Shown here in pieces: positions 40,141 to 53,206 of a stretch of 64,000 nucleotides of DNA; position 1 is the stretch's first letter, and every line of letters starts with the position of its first letter. The notes under the pieces are model-generated. The model did not search any database and was not told where the DNA came from. It saw only the letters and a program-made list of their open reading frames with translations. The DNA is from Octopus bimaculoides (Eukaryota): contig NC_068997.1 of assembly GCF_001194135.2 (NCBI RefSeq), forward strand, positions 50,192,563-50,256,562, read 5' to 3'. The position numbers and the translations under genes are program-made.

Positions 40141-40444
40141 CTGAAGCATAAAATATTTGGTCCGTGTTATGAGGAGAAAACTGTGAAACAGTAAATAACA
40201 AAGTAAAATAAATGAATTAATGTTAACTTACTGATTGGAAATGTAACTCATTAGAATTCATAATTCATGTCTCTTCATTAATTTCTTAATTTCCTTCATT
40301 ATCATCTTCTTCATCATTTTACCATCCAGTTTTCCATGTTTGCATGAGCCAGGTGTTTAGTGAGGCAGACTTTCTACAACCAGATGCTCTTCCTGTTGCC
40401 AACCCATCACCTGTTTCCATGCAGTAATAATCCCCCATGGTTAA

Positions 40445-41100
40445 CCAGGACTTGAAGGCAATTTAGAAGCTTGCTGTACAGTAAAGTATTGAGCTAAACT
40501 GGACAAAATTGCTACAGAAACTTATGAAATGCTTCAGATTGCATGTGGATTAACTTGTATTAGACAAGATTCTGTTTTTTGCTAGCACAAGAAGCCAGGC
40601 AAAGCAGATCCACCAGGAAGCTTATAACATTCAGCTTGTTTGACAGCAAGGGCATCATCTACACTCACTGGGTTCCCTCTAGTCAGATGCTCCACAAAGA
40701 GTACTTTGTGGAGGTTTTGAAGGAGTTCAGGAAGAGATTTTGTAGCAAAAGGCCAGAGTACCTGTACCAGGGCAATACACTAAGTCCACATTTCCATCCT
40801 AGTGACCAATTATTTGACAAAGATGAACATCAAAACTGTACGTAAAGCCTCCCTACAGTCCCTGTGACTTCTGGTTGCTCCTTGAGCTGAAGAAGATGAA
40901 GGAGGCTGTGACAAGTGTCCTGGACACTCTTACTTTGGAGGACTTCACAAGTGCATTAAAGTCAGTGGAACCCACTTTGAAAGAGATTAGAGTTCTGTAC
41001 TCCTTTGAAATTAATAACTGACAGTCCTGAAAATGTTTCAAGACTTCTAGAACACACTTTGCATATCCCTCATCTGCAAGTTGCAAACTTGTGTTAATTT
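40445..41100 (+). mobile_element. Internally deleted mariner transposase relic
   Basis: Fragments AKLDKIATETYEMLQIACG, KLITFSLFDSKGIIYTHWVPSSQMLHKEYFVEVLKEFRKRFCSKRPE, PPYS..CDFWL and KEAVTSVLDTLTLEDF match mariner DD34D transposases. Confidence 0.85.
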
Positions 41101-41579
41101 AAAAGATTTTTATTAACAACACAGATTACCAGGGCAGTGGTGTATCAAATTAATTGTATTGCATTAATTCATTTTGCTTCTGTGTTAAATTTCTGCTTGA
41201 ACCATTTTCAATTTTGCTCCCTCAAGAACTCATAAAATAATGCCTGTAATACACACTCTGAAGGCAGGTGAATTGTTCACTGAGTTTTTCCTTCTGCCAA
41301 CAGTAAGGTGTGAATTGAGGGAGATTTGGCTGCTGTTTAATATCTCAAACAACTGTCTCGAGGTTCCTTATTTGACTTCTTTTCTGTTAGAAGACACTTT
41401 TGTGGAGAATTAATTAGAAGTGTTGATGATAGCAAGTTCTAAGAATGTGATAGCACAAGATCGATACACCAGAATGTATGTAGGTATGCTGTATTCCTGA
41501 TCAGTCCAATCCAGATCAGCATAGAGGAGATGGTGATGCTAGCTTATACATATTTTATTCATTATTACACAAACATTTA

Positions 41580-41611
<32 letters not shown>

Positions 41612-41640
41612 TATATATTTTTTTTGTTTGTTTATTGTAG

Positions 41641-41721
41641 GAACTTTTGTGGAAGCCCTGGCTTCATCTGATGAAGATTAATGATACTGAATACGTAGTG
41701 AATACAGAATTGCCTTAAGGG
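41641..41721 (+). other. Candidate exon with strong splice sites but stops in all frames (UTR, terminal or non-coding)
   Basis: TTTGTTTGTTTATTGTAG| and GGG|GTAAGG bound 81 nt. Frames read ELLWKPWLHLMKINDTEYVVNTELP*, GTFVEALASSDED* and an earlier stop. Confidence 0.3.
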
Positions 41722-42249
41722 GTAAGGATATTTGTATGCTTTATTATGTTAGAATAAAGTAACCCCACCCATGTTCAATTACACAATAGATATCAATGGC
41801 ACATTGAATAAGAACGGAATGGATGAACAAACTTTGTTCTTCAGTAGATTGTTAGGACACAGGGTTCTATAATGATATAAATTGTTTGAGATGGGAATCA
41901 TTGCAGTTGGCTGATGTTTATATAATGCCATCAACACACATGAAAATTGGAACCTGTTTTGTTTTTGTTATTTTATTTTATTTTATTTTAAAAACCATAG
42001 AAAATGCTGATAGTGTAGGGTTCAATGACATCGAATATTTGAAAACAATTCACAAAACTCAAATGTGACTTTTTATATCATTTTTAAAATTTACTTTGAG
42101 GATTTAAGTGGGTTTTTTTTTTTCTTCCAAATCTTTAATCAATGACTGCCCCAACATCATTTGCAGCAGTTTCAGTTAAATTTCTTTGACTTTCATTTTA
42201 TCAATGATCTAATTCTGTTGTTGGTTGCTGTGAATTTTACAGTCTTGTG

Positions 42250-42430
42250 GCTTTGTGAGTGGGCCCTCAGCTATGTTAGTGGGCTCTTGGCTATGTCAGT
42301 AGGTCCTTGACTTTGGTCATTGGGCCTTTGACTATATCAGAAGGCACCTAACTTTGTCAGTGGGCCCTTGGCTTTATCAATGGACCATTGATTATATCAT
42401 TAGGTCTTTACTTTATCAGGGGCCTCTGAA
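42250..42430. repeat. Degenerate 20-bp minisatellite (~8.5 copies, consensus near GTGGGCCCTTGGCTATGTCA)
   Basis: Units start at 42259, 42279, 42299, 42320, 42340, 42360, 42380 and 42400. Confidence 0.85.
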
Positions 42431-42490
42431 TGTGGTAGTATTTCCAATTTAGAGATTGATTTAATTCATTCTTAATAATGTATTCTAGAA

Positions 42491-42740
42491 CAGGGGTTTT
42501 CAAACTTTTTGACTTGCGGACCCCTTTATATTTCAGGCTTTACCTTAGGGACCTCCTTATAAACACTTAGGAAATTTATACATAAATATTTGCTTAAAAT
42601 AACATATATTTTTACATTTATTTATTTAACAGTATTTAACAAATAGGTTTATTGTCAATTAAAAGATTTCAATTAAAAAACATATATAAAATCAAATTAC
42701 CCATAAAAAGTATTTGCGGACCACAGTTTGAAAACCCCTG
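42491..42740. mobile_element. 250-bp hAT/Charlie-type MITE with perfect TIRs and TSD
   Basis: CAGGGGTTTTCAAACT ... AGTTTGAAAACCCCTG (16-bp perfect TIR) with TSD TTCTAGAA on both sides. Confidence 0.93.
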
Positions 42741-43984
42741 TTCTAGAATATTATTATCAGAAAGTTTGAGGCCTTGTGATTATATGTGACACGTTAACTG
42801 TGAGGCACAGGTGCTGGACTACAGGTTAGTTTAAATAAAGTTTAAATCTTACTACAACCAATTAATATTAGTTCATGACTTCATTTGCTCCCGTTCGAAT
42901 GGTCAGTGATTGGAAAGATGCCATCATCATCAATATTTTTAATATCTGCTTTTCCATGCTTGCATGAATCAGATGAAATTTGTTGAAGCAGATTTTCTAC
43001 AGTTGGATGTCCTTCCAGATGCCAACCTTCACCTGTGTCCAAGCAAGGGAATATTTTCTCGTGAATAGATGTGTTCTCATCGAAGATTGAACACAAATGG
43101 CCCCCACTTATATGAGGATGACACTTATTTACTACTATATAAGTATCACATGGTTTCTAGACATGGAAATACAAACACACACACACACACACATTTATAT
43201 ATAATCATCTTATATATTTATTTCATATATTTTCTGTCTTTTTACCATACTCTAACCTCTCATCACCAAGCACAAAGTCACTTCTCTCAATACCACTCTC
43301 CACTCGGTTGAGGGGTCTTGTCTTGCAAGGTGCTTGGCAACCTCACTCAATGGTACTAGCGCCAAGTTAAAAAGCACCCCTTACACCTTGTAAGGTGTGT
43401 TGGTGTTAGGAAGGGTATCCAGCTGTAGAAACCATGCCAAAGCAGACAGTTGAGCTTGGCACAGTCTTCTGAATTGCTGGCTCCTGTCAAACCGTCCAAC
43501 CCATGGAAGGCAGACGTTAAATGATGATGATGGTGATACTTAACTATTGTTTCGTCCAATTGATGATGCCTCTGAGTAACTAATCTTGGTGATTTATATT
43601 TTTAAACGGGGGGAGGCCTATTAAATTCCTACTCGATCACAAGAGGAAAATTCTTTGGCCAAGTTAATAAAGTGTACGACTTGTGGTTGAGAGTTCATAT
43701 TCCCTCCTCACTGGCATGATGCCATGTCTATCACCAAGACAACCTTCCATCTAGTTCTATCAACAACATCCACCAAGCTGTGAATAAGTACCATGTAAGG
43801 AGTGGGAGAAACTATAAGATAACTGAGTGTTTCATTATCTGACACCACAAAGTTTAAGTCTGAGCCACAGTAGAGATGCTTCACACTGCTCTATTATTTC
43901 AGTCAATCCTCTCATTACCATGACTAACTGCACTCAATATAAATAGATCAATACCTTTTTTTTTTTTTTTTTCTTAAATATTCT

Positions 43985-44447
43985 CCACGGCACAGACATG
44001 GCTGTGTGGGTAAGAAGCTTGCTGCCCAACCCTGTGGTCTCGAATTCAGTCCTGTTGCGCAGCACCTCAGGCAAAGGTCTTGTACTATAGCCCCTAGTTG
44101 ATCAAAGACTTGTGAGTGAAACTGGTAGAGAGCAACTGCAGAAAGCCCATCATATATATATATGTGTGTGTGTGTGGGTGTATCTATGCATGTGTGTGCA
44201 TGTCTTTGTGTTGGTGTTGTGTTTCTTCTTCTCTCCCCCTCCCCCCACACACACTGCTGCTTGACAACCAGTGTTGGTTTGTTTGCATCCCTGTAACCTA
44301 GCAGCTCAGCAAAAGAGACTGCTAGAATAAGTACCAAACTTTAAAATAAAAGTATAAATCCTGCAGATGATTTGTTCCACTAAAACCCTTCAAGGCACTG
44401 CCCCAGCATGGCCACAGTCCAATGAATGAATGAATGAAATGCGTAAA
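43985..44447 (+). mobile_element. Abundant SINE, older full-length copy
   Basis: Colinear with 50069-50484, with CpG decay. Other + copies near 28630, 33580, 37850, 39645, 55360 and 62967; minus copies near 23795, 44935, 46855 and 60360. Confidence 0.85.
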
Positions 44448-47200
44448 AGAAGAAAAAAATTATTGAACTTCCATCTTTATATTCCTCCGTCCCGTTCCAA
44501 ACCCAGGTGGCTGCTGCTGCTGCTACAACAAGCTCCTATGTTTCCTCTGCAGGAAATGAAGTCTGTTAAACACCTCATTATTTCCTAGAGTCTTTTCGCT
44601 GCTTGATACATTGATATGGGACAAGGGATGCTTTGTCCAATGTTATGCTTCACCTACCTTTTTTATTTATTTTCTAATTTTATTTATTTATTTATATGTT
44701 AATATCATGCATTCTGTAAACAATAGAGGGTCATTGATTTTAAGTTTTCAAATAACCACTCATGGGTTTGCCACAAATGTAGTGAACCGTCCACTAGTTC
44801 ATTGCATGGCAAAACCGACAAGGGACTGCCTGGACAACTTGGATGAAATATATACTGCAAGATACTTCTGTTTGAACATGTCTGTTTATTGTTTTATCTC
44901 GTCAGTGTTCATTGGCAAAAAATATACGTGTTTGTGTATGCGACTGGCTTCTTTGCTGTAAGTGTCTACCAATTTCCCCCCTGCAAAGTATTTGTAGAAA
45001 ACACTTGCCCAAGGTGCTGCACAGTGGGGGCCAAACCCAGAGCCATGTGTTTGTTAAGCAAACTTCCAAACCAACAACTCTCTCTCTCTCTCTCTCTCTC
45101 TCACGATACTCACTTATCTCTGAATCAAATATATCTTTATCAAGCACAAAAGTTCTCCAGCCTACTTAAGATTTTTGGCACTTGTATTGGGATTTCTATC
45201 AGGATTTCCTGGAATCTTTCTTCAACAGATTTGTCACTCAAAATATCTGGAATCTTTCGTCACTCAAAATATCTGCTTGCCTTTCCTCTTTCAGAAGAGG
45301 GATGGACATTAGAATATGTACCTGTAATGCACTGAGAATCATATAATCTCCTTTATCTCTCCTCCCAAAATTAGCTGCTTTATGCATAAGAAATCCTTTT
45401 TTTTTTTTTTTTTTAAAGGTTATGGTATTGAAAGGTATAGCATTCCTATTTAAAACCCTTTTTTGATGGGAATGGGGACAGGAAATATAGGACCCATCTC
45501 ATTAAGCATTGCAAACTAGCTCTCTCTCTCTCTCTCTGCTGTGACAAGTGACAGAGCTTCCCACTTCACAAGGCATAGCACCCTGTTTGTTGCTGGGTAG
45601 ATAATCTGAGTCAGTTCTTACTTAGAACACAGAGATAACCAATAAAACCATTTGAGATCAATCTATAGATAGAGCACTCTTGTATATAAGATGTCCATCA
45701 AGTTAGCATGTGTTTTGCAAAGCACCATGTACTTTCTCTCTAGCAAGACAGCTGTGTCTGTCCATCTATGATACTTTAGCCTCTCGACACCTGTATTACA
45801 TCACCTCCCTCTCTACTCCACACCTACTCAGGTGAGTGTCTTTTCTTTGTCAAGCAAATTACTTGACCCCCCCCCCCATCAAATATTAGTCCCATGAAAC
45901 AAAAACACAGTACACTATGTAAAATGGCTGACATTAGGAAAGGCATCCAGCTATAGAAACCCTAACCCAAAACAGATATTGGAGCTGAACGCAGTCCTGC
46001 AGTTTGTTGGATCCTGTCAAACCATTCAAGGCAGAAGTTAAATGATGATTAATGAAGATCTATGCTTTGTGGAACAGCTTCATTTATTGTTTTTGTTTTA
46101 GGTACTTCAAGGAGAGACCTTCAACAAGTTTGTTCAGCCTGCCGGAAATAGTAGCCAAATTTTGGTTATGTTATTACTCTACCATTGTGAAAGAAAAAAG
46201 GAAGAAAACATTGAAAATGTTGTCCTAGATATGTTATTGTATATTAAAAAAAAAGACTGGATGGATGGTCATCATTGGCATGCCTTTCGTTTATAGATCT
46301 ACACATTCAAACCAAGAATTTAGATATTTCACAATGTATGCAGTTAGTTTATTTCCACCTGTTAGCTTTAGATAAGATCAACTAATAACTACTGCAATGT
46401 ATTTCATTTTGTCAAAAATTATTAGTTGATATTATTGGAGTTATCTCCCTTACTTGTCAAATTTAGATTTTTAAACACTCTATGGAGGAAGATTTTGTCT
46501 TGTAATTTCAAGAAAAGCCTCAGTCAATCAGGGTTTATCAACTCGCTATATTACATAAGTGAGATTGCCAAGTGTACATGTTACATATGCATGCATACAT
46601 ACATCATTTGAACCTCCACCTTTCCAAGCTTGCATGGGTCAAATGGAATGTTTTGAGGCAAGTTTTCTGTGGCTGGATGCCCTTCCTGTTGCTAATGGTC
46701 GCCTATTTCCAGCCAAGCTAATATTTCTCCATGGCTAGACATGTTTTTTTTTTTCATGGAAGAACTAGAAACAAACAACATCAATTGCATAATGGTGACA
46801 TTTGTTTACAATCATCACATGATATCAAGACAAAGATATATACTCATACATACATATGTGACAGGCTTCTTTTAGTTTCCGTCTACCAAATCCACTCCTT
46901 AGGCTTTGGTCAACTTGGAAGTATAATAGACAACTGCCCAAAGTGCCATGCAGTGGGACTGAACCTAAAACCACATGGTTGGGTACGAAGCTTCTTAACC
47001 ACACTGCCATACTCGTGCCTCTCGTATATATCTATATATATTGTCCATCACAATGCTCAATAATTGACAAGACTTTTCTTCATCCTGTTGTTGACATACT
47101 TCTATTCCATTCTCTCCTTTATCTCCAGCTAAAATCTCTTCAGCTTGTTTTTCTGTCTATTGTTTATGTTTGTTCTTGCATCTGTGATTTTGTTGTTGCC

Positions 47201-47237
<37 letters not shown>

Positions 47238-50068
47238 CTCCCCCTTCCCCCGCTCCCCTCTCTTACCAGCGACTCTCTGTTTATGGCGTCTCTCGCACCA
47301 GCCTCTCCTTCATCTCTCAATGGCACTTCACCGACCTCTCCTTTATCTGTCACTAATGTCTCTGTAGTCGCTCCTTCATTTGTCATGAATATCTCCCCTG
47401 TTTCCACTGTCACCTTTCTCTCCCTATCTTGCTGATAAAACACTTTACTAAAGTGGGAAAATAACTTCAGTAACACACACACATACACACACACATATTT
47501 ACAGACGCACGCACTCACACATACAGGCACCTACTATTCACACACTTAGTTTCTCTTTTTTTTGTTGTTGTTTTTTATTTGCATCACATTATTAAAGCAT
47601 GCATTTAGAAGCATCTACCTTCACACATGTGTGCGCATGCATATATGTATACATTCACACATACAGAAGCGCTCAGGCACACACATGCTTACATACACCT
47701 GCACAAATCTGTATGCAGTCGCACAAATGCACAATATATTGTCTTTATAGATGTAATTTATCTAATGGATGCTAAGCACTTTTTAATTTCTATCTCTTCA
47801 ATTCATATTTTTATTTTCCTGAGATAAATTCCTTCTTAACCTCTAATATATTAACATAATTCTCTTGTCGTTGTCGACAATTTTGTCTTCATTTTGTTTT
47901 ATGCTTACTTTTCTTTGTTACTGTTTCTTATCACCACCACTGCCACCACCACCACCACATATTTCTTTCTTTCTTTCTTTTTTGCAAAGTACTTGTTGCT
48001 TCCTCTCCTCTTCTTTCTACCATCCCATATGTACCCATAAAAATTACAACTCATCTCAGAGCTCGGTTGTGCCTGACTGGCATCCGTCGAAAGCCCTACG
48101 CTGAAACAGTTTCTGTTAATCAATAGCTTTTACCACCGACAGATCGACTTTCTTGTTGTTTTGCAGACCAACTCCTCCTCCTCATTCTTAAATAGCATCA
48201 GTGTAGTAGCAGCAGTTGCAGCAGCAGTAGTAGTAGTAGTAGTAGTTAACAGCAGCAGTAACAGCAGCACCAACAACAGGCTTGTCACAGTGCATCTAGT
48301 CTTTGAGTCTTTTTTCTCTCTTGTCATTTTCTAGTTGCTCTGCCAGTCATTTGTACTGAGAACTGAGTAGTAAGCTTACAGTTTGCTTTGTGTGTGTGTA
48401 TGTGTGTGTATGAATAGGACATGAAATAATGTTTCTATATGCTGAGTTTTTTGTTTGTTTGTTTGTTTGTTTGTCGCTGGAACAATGAAGACCCTGGGCT
48501 GCTAAGCTTGTTTCTTCCTAACTGCATCTGATGAATTGTAATGTCCCGCACTTAACTATTGTAAATGAGCAGTTTTGTCTCACCACCGAGCTTGTTGTTG
48601 TCGTCGTCGTTGTTATAAAGTGACTGCAATAGTGGGGCATCGGACTGAATGAATGCTCTGCAGTGTTTCTGTGTCCTCCCCTCCCACCCCCTTCTTCATT
48701 CTCAGTTCAGATACAGAGAGGGAGATGGTGGTGAAGCAGGTAATAACACAAGGTACCAGTCATATACTGTGACAGATTAAATCAAACTATACTTCTTCCT
48801 CAGAATTTGAAGTCTTGCAACAAAGCTGTAAATCTACTATTATTACTACTACTACTGCTGCTGCTGCTGTTAGTATTACTACTACCATTACCAACACTAT
48901 TCAACTACTAGCAATAACCATATCTTGGGGCAGCACCTGACGCTTAATACTTTACAGTATGTAGTTTTGCTACATTTTGAATTCAAGTTCTGCCACAGTT
49001 GAATATACCTTTTATTTCTAGGGTCCAAGCTAAGCAACTTCAATCCTTCTCCTACAAAACATAGGTAGTGTGCCGAGTCAAAAAAAATTATTATTATTGA
49101 GGCAGCAAGCTGGGCAAAAATGCTTAGTAGCATTTCGTCTGTCTTTATGGTCTGAGTTCAAATTCCGCCAGGGTTGACCTTGCCTTTCATCCTTTTGGGG
49201 TTGATAAAATAAGTACCAGTTGAGTACTGGAGTCGGTGCAATTGACTTACCCCCTCCTCAGAATTGGTGGCCCGTGTGCCAAAATTTGAAACTATCATTA
49301 CTATTATTATTATTATTATTATTATTAAGACTGAGCTGGCAGAATTTTTTTTGTACAATGGACATGAAGTACCAATCAAGTACAGGGGCTTATGGTTTTG
49401 GTCCTCCCTTCAAAATTGCTAACCTTGAACCTAAATTAAAAATAAATTATTTGTTAATATATATATACACACATACACACATATATGTGGAACCTTGAGT
49501 AAGTGCTTCTTACTATAGTCCCTGGTCAACCAAAGCTTTCTGGGTAGTTATGGTAGATGGAAACTGAAAGAAGCCTATTGTGAGTGTGTGTATGTTTGTA
49601 TCTCTTTGTCTTATCACGTGGTGGTTTTAAATGAGTGTAGCTGTCATAAAGCAGCAGCATCCATTTGTAATACTCTGTGTAAACATGTCTGACTATGGGG
49701 AAATATTACCTTGCTTGGAGACGGGAGGGTTGGTGAAAGGATGGGCATCCAGCCATAGACAATCTGCCTCAATAAACTATAATTTTGTAAAACTTTATTC
49801 ATATCTTGCCTGTACAGTTAATGAAATTAATCTGGAAAATCTAGATCAGCCATTTCTGTCTTTTCTTTAAGAATGTGGATTTGCTCAAGGTTATTGTAAA
49901 CAAAACATTTGGTGACATAAGTAACGATAGCATTGATTACACATATGAAGTGAAACTCTGACCAATGGTTTTGTTCGTCCATTTTCTTGTATTCACTATA
50001 ACTACATTCACTAATTCAAACCTATCATCAAAGGACAATAGCTATAGATTTTATTTAAACTCAGTGTA

Positions 50069-50484
50069 GGCGTAGGAGTGGCTGTGTGGTAAGTAGCTTG
50101 CTTACCAACCACGTGGTTCCAGGTTCAGTCCCACTGTGTGACACCTTGGGCCAGTGTCTTCTACTAAAAGCCTCGGGCCGACCAAAGCCTTGTGAGTGGA
50201 TTTGGTAGACGGAAACTGAATGAAGCCCGTCGTATATATGTATATATATATATATATATACATATGTATGCGTGTGTATATGTTTGTGCGTCTGTATTTG
50301 TCCCCCACCAACATCGCTTGACAACCGATGCTGGTGTGTTTACGTCCCCGTAACTTAGCAGTTCAGCAAAAGAGACTGATAGAATAAGTACTAGGCTTAC
50401 AAAGAATATGTCCTGGGGTTGATTTGCTCGACTAAAGACGGTGCTCCAGTATGGCCACAGTCAAATGACTGAAACAGGTAAAAG
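50069..50484 (+). mobile_element. Full-length young copy of the most abundant SINE in the window
   Basis: Head GGCGTAGGAGTGGCTGTGTGGTAAG...GGTTCAGTCCC, body ACCTTGGGCCAGTGTCTTCTACT...GGTAGACGGAAACTG, internal TA/TG tract, 3' CAGTCAAATGACTGAAACAGGTAAAAG, short flanking direct repeat AGTGTA. Confidence 0.92.
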
Positions 50485-50996
50485 AGTGTATTTACATGTA
50501 TCGTCATGACCTTAGATAGCCTGACCTTAGATATTCTCTTTGAGGGTTTTGAATTGGTGCATGTGTCTGTGCATGAAACCATAGCTGTAACTTGCAAGCA
50601 AACAACATGTCTTGGTAGTCTGTACAGCACTTTTGCTAAATTGTTTTAGGTTGCTATGTAGTTGCAAACAAACAGAGGCACCCTCTCGGCCCTCCCAGTT
50701 GGGTTACCCAACAGAGCATCAATGATATGACTGCTTGAGGGCGAGTGGGCTGCACCACCACTCAGCTGGTACTCATTTTCAGCTGAGTAGCTTGAAGCAG
50801 TGTGAAATAAAGAGCCTTGCTGAAGGACACAACATTCCACCCAACCCAGGAATTGAACCCACAACCTTACAATGGTGAGCCCTACATTCTGACCACTAGA
50901 CCATGTATGTCACACACACACACACACACACACACACTTATAATAATGAGCGTGCTTCAGTGTGTGTATGCAAGTATGAGGATAAATGTGTGTGTG

Positions 50997-51049
<53 letters not shown>

Positions 51050-51246
51050 TAATAAATTTATGTATATATACATATATAGTGTATATAAATATGTGTAGTG
51101 CATGCAAATGTATATGTAAAAGAGTTAACACCACTACTCTGTTAAATCTCCTATCTCAAAAGTACTTGGAACAACCGCCTGTAGTACACAACTCCCCCCC
51201 AATTCCAGCTCTTCCACCACCACCATGTGTATAATTACACCAGAAA

Positions 51247-51247
<1 letters not shown>

Positions 51248-51339
<92 letters not shown>

Positions 51340-51350
51340 TCACTCACACT
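51248..51350. repeat. (CA)n microsatellite
   Basis: Seen directly. Confidence 0.98.
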
Positions 51351-52903
51351 CTCATGGACACCTTGATATATTTCCTGTCTCTTTCTACCACCTCCCCCAA
51401 ACTAAACCAGCTGACCTTTCATTACACTCTTACTGCAGTCTTTGGTGTCAGTTCAACTCTTAGACTTTACTAACATTGCTTCTTTTTCTTCTGAATGAAC
51501 CTAGAGTTTCTTAAATGTTTGCTCACCTACAGCATTTGTGGACTTAATAGCTCCAGCTTTTATGGAGTGGGGTGTCTCAGGTAATGTGGGTGTTTTATGA
51601 GGAGGGTGGTGGTGGTGGTTTATTCTGTCAGCCAATTAGTTCCTTTTAGTTTACTTACAAAGACTTTCATTTAGTTTTTTTGTTTTTTGTTTTTTTGCTT
51701 CATGTTCAACTAGAGATTTGCTGTAACCCTTTTTAATCTTAATAAAAATATTTCTAAATTGAAAGAAAGAATGTGAGAGTGTAGCAACCTAATTGATTCC
51801 AGTATTAATTCACTATTATACCAGAAGGACAAAAGGCAAGGTAAACATTCGAACTGAAAAGTAAATAAAAATCATTTAACATCCCTATACCATGGCATGG
51901 GTTGAATGGGTCAACAGAAACTGACAAGCCAGGGCACTGCATTCAGTTCCAGCCGCTGTTTTCACATTGTTTCTACAGCTGAGGGCTCTTCCTGATGCCA
52001 ATCATTTTACAGGGCATACCTGATGTTTTTTGGGGTTTTTTTTTTTCTTCATGATACCAGCACTAATGAGGTCACCAAATAACTTGCAAGACAAAAACCT
52101 CCTGACTGAGTTGGGGTGCAATATTGGGGTGGGTGGATCTGTGCCAGATGTTGAGAGGTTGAAATACTATAGAGGGACAGGAACAGGTGTCTGGCTGTAG
52201 AGAAGATCCATAGCCACCCTAGCTGGAAAGGGAGAAAGGATGGTGCAGTCGAGGTGTCAGGGTATACCCTCAAGGTACAAGAAGATAAGAGTAAGAGAGA
52301 ATAGAGACAGGGATTGACACTGTAGTATTGTTTCTGTTGTTCCATTGTCACTCTAGTAAAAAATAAAAATGGTAGGAAACAAAAATACTTTCTGGTATTT
52401 AGTTTGTTAGCTTGATTTGTATTCAAATCCCAAAGAGTCAACTTTGCATTGTCCCCTTTTTCAAAGTCTATTAAATGTGTACCAGTTAAATACTGGTGTT
52501 AACGTAATTCTCTAAACAATGCGTGACCTTATATTGGAAAATACCATTATAGATAAAATATCATTGTTTTTTATATCATAAATAAAATATCATTGTTTTT
52601 GTGTTGGTATTATTATTATTATTATTATTATTAATAATAATAATCAACTTAATTTTATATTTGAACACTTGTTTCTCTATATGCACACATACAAAACACA
52701 ACCACAACACATATCTTCAGAAGATACTCAAGGCCTATTTTTGTACATAGTAGAATTCCAGATGTGAAGTGACAATATATTTTAACCCTGACAGATTTTG
52801 AACTGAGAATCCAAGTAGATGAAATAAAGAGTTTAAATGCCGTGTATTCTATTAGTTCCGCCTCCTCTTGCATGCATGTATCATCTTGAGAAGGGTGGGC
52901 ACA

Positions 52904-53206
52904 GGTGCCTATAGTCCAGACGTTGCTCCATCTGACTACGGTCTCTTCCGATCAATGCAGCACTTTGTGAAAGGTCACTGATTCAAGTCATTCGACGAAG
53001 TTGAAGAAGCCTGTCAAGAATTTCTTGATTCAAAACTGAAGGATTGGTACTTTGACCAAATCCCAAAACTTGCAGATTGTTGGCAGAAGGTCGTGGGAAA
53101 TGATGGTCTTTATTTTGAAGAATAGTTGTTGTTGTTTTTGAATAAATTCTTGCATAAAAAAATCGTTTTTTTAACACAGTGCACAAAATTTTTCTTCAAC
53201 CTAGTA
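52904..53206 (+). mobile_element. 3' fragment of a mariner element (transposase C-terminus plus likely TIR)
   Basis: 52910-53125 reads YSPDVAPSDYGLFRSMQHFVKGH*FKSFDEVEEACQEFLDSKLKDWYFDQIPKLADCWQKVVGNDGLYFEE*, containing the mariner YSPDLAPSDY motif. It ends in a TIR-like CTTCAACCTAGTA. Confidence 0.9.

Noticed and set aside
45744-45831. Apparent exon with CTCTAG| and CAG|GTGAGT sites and an open frame
   Set aside because: The 3' half appears to be a diverged part of the dispersed repeat also seen near 30690 and 43255, so the donor is probably repeat-derived.
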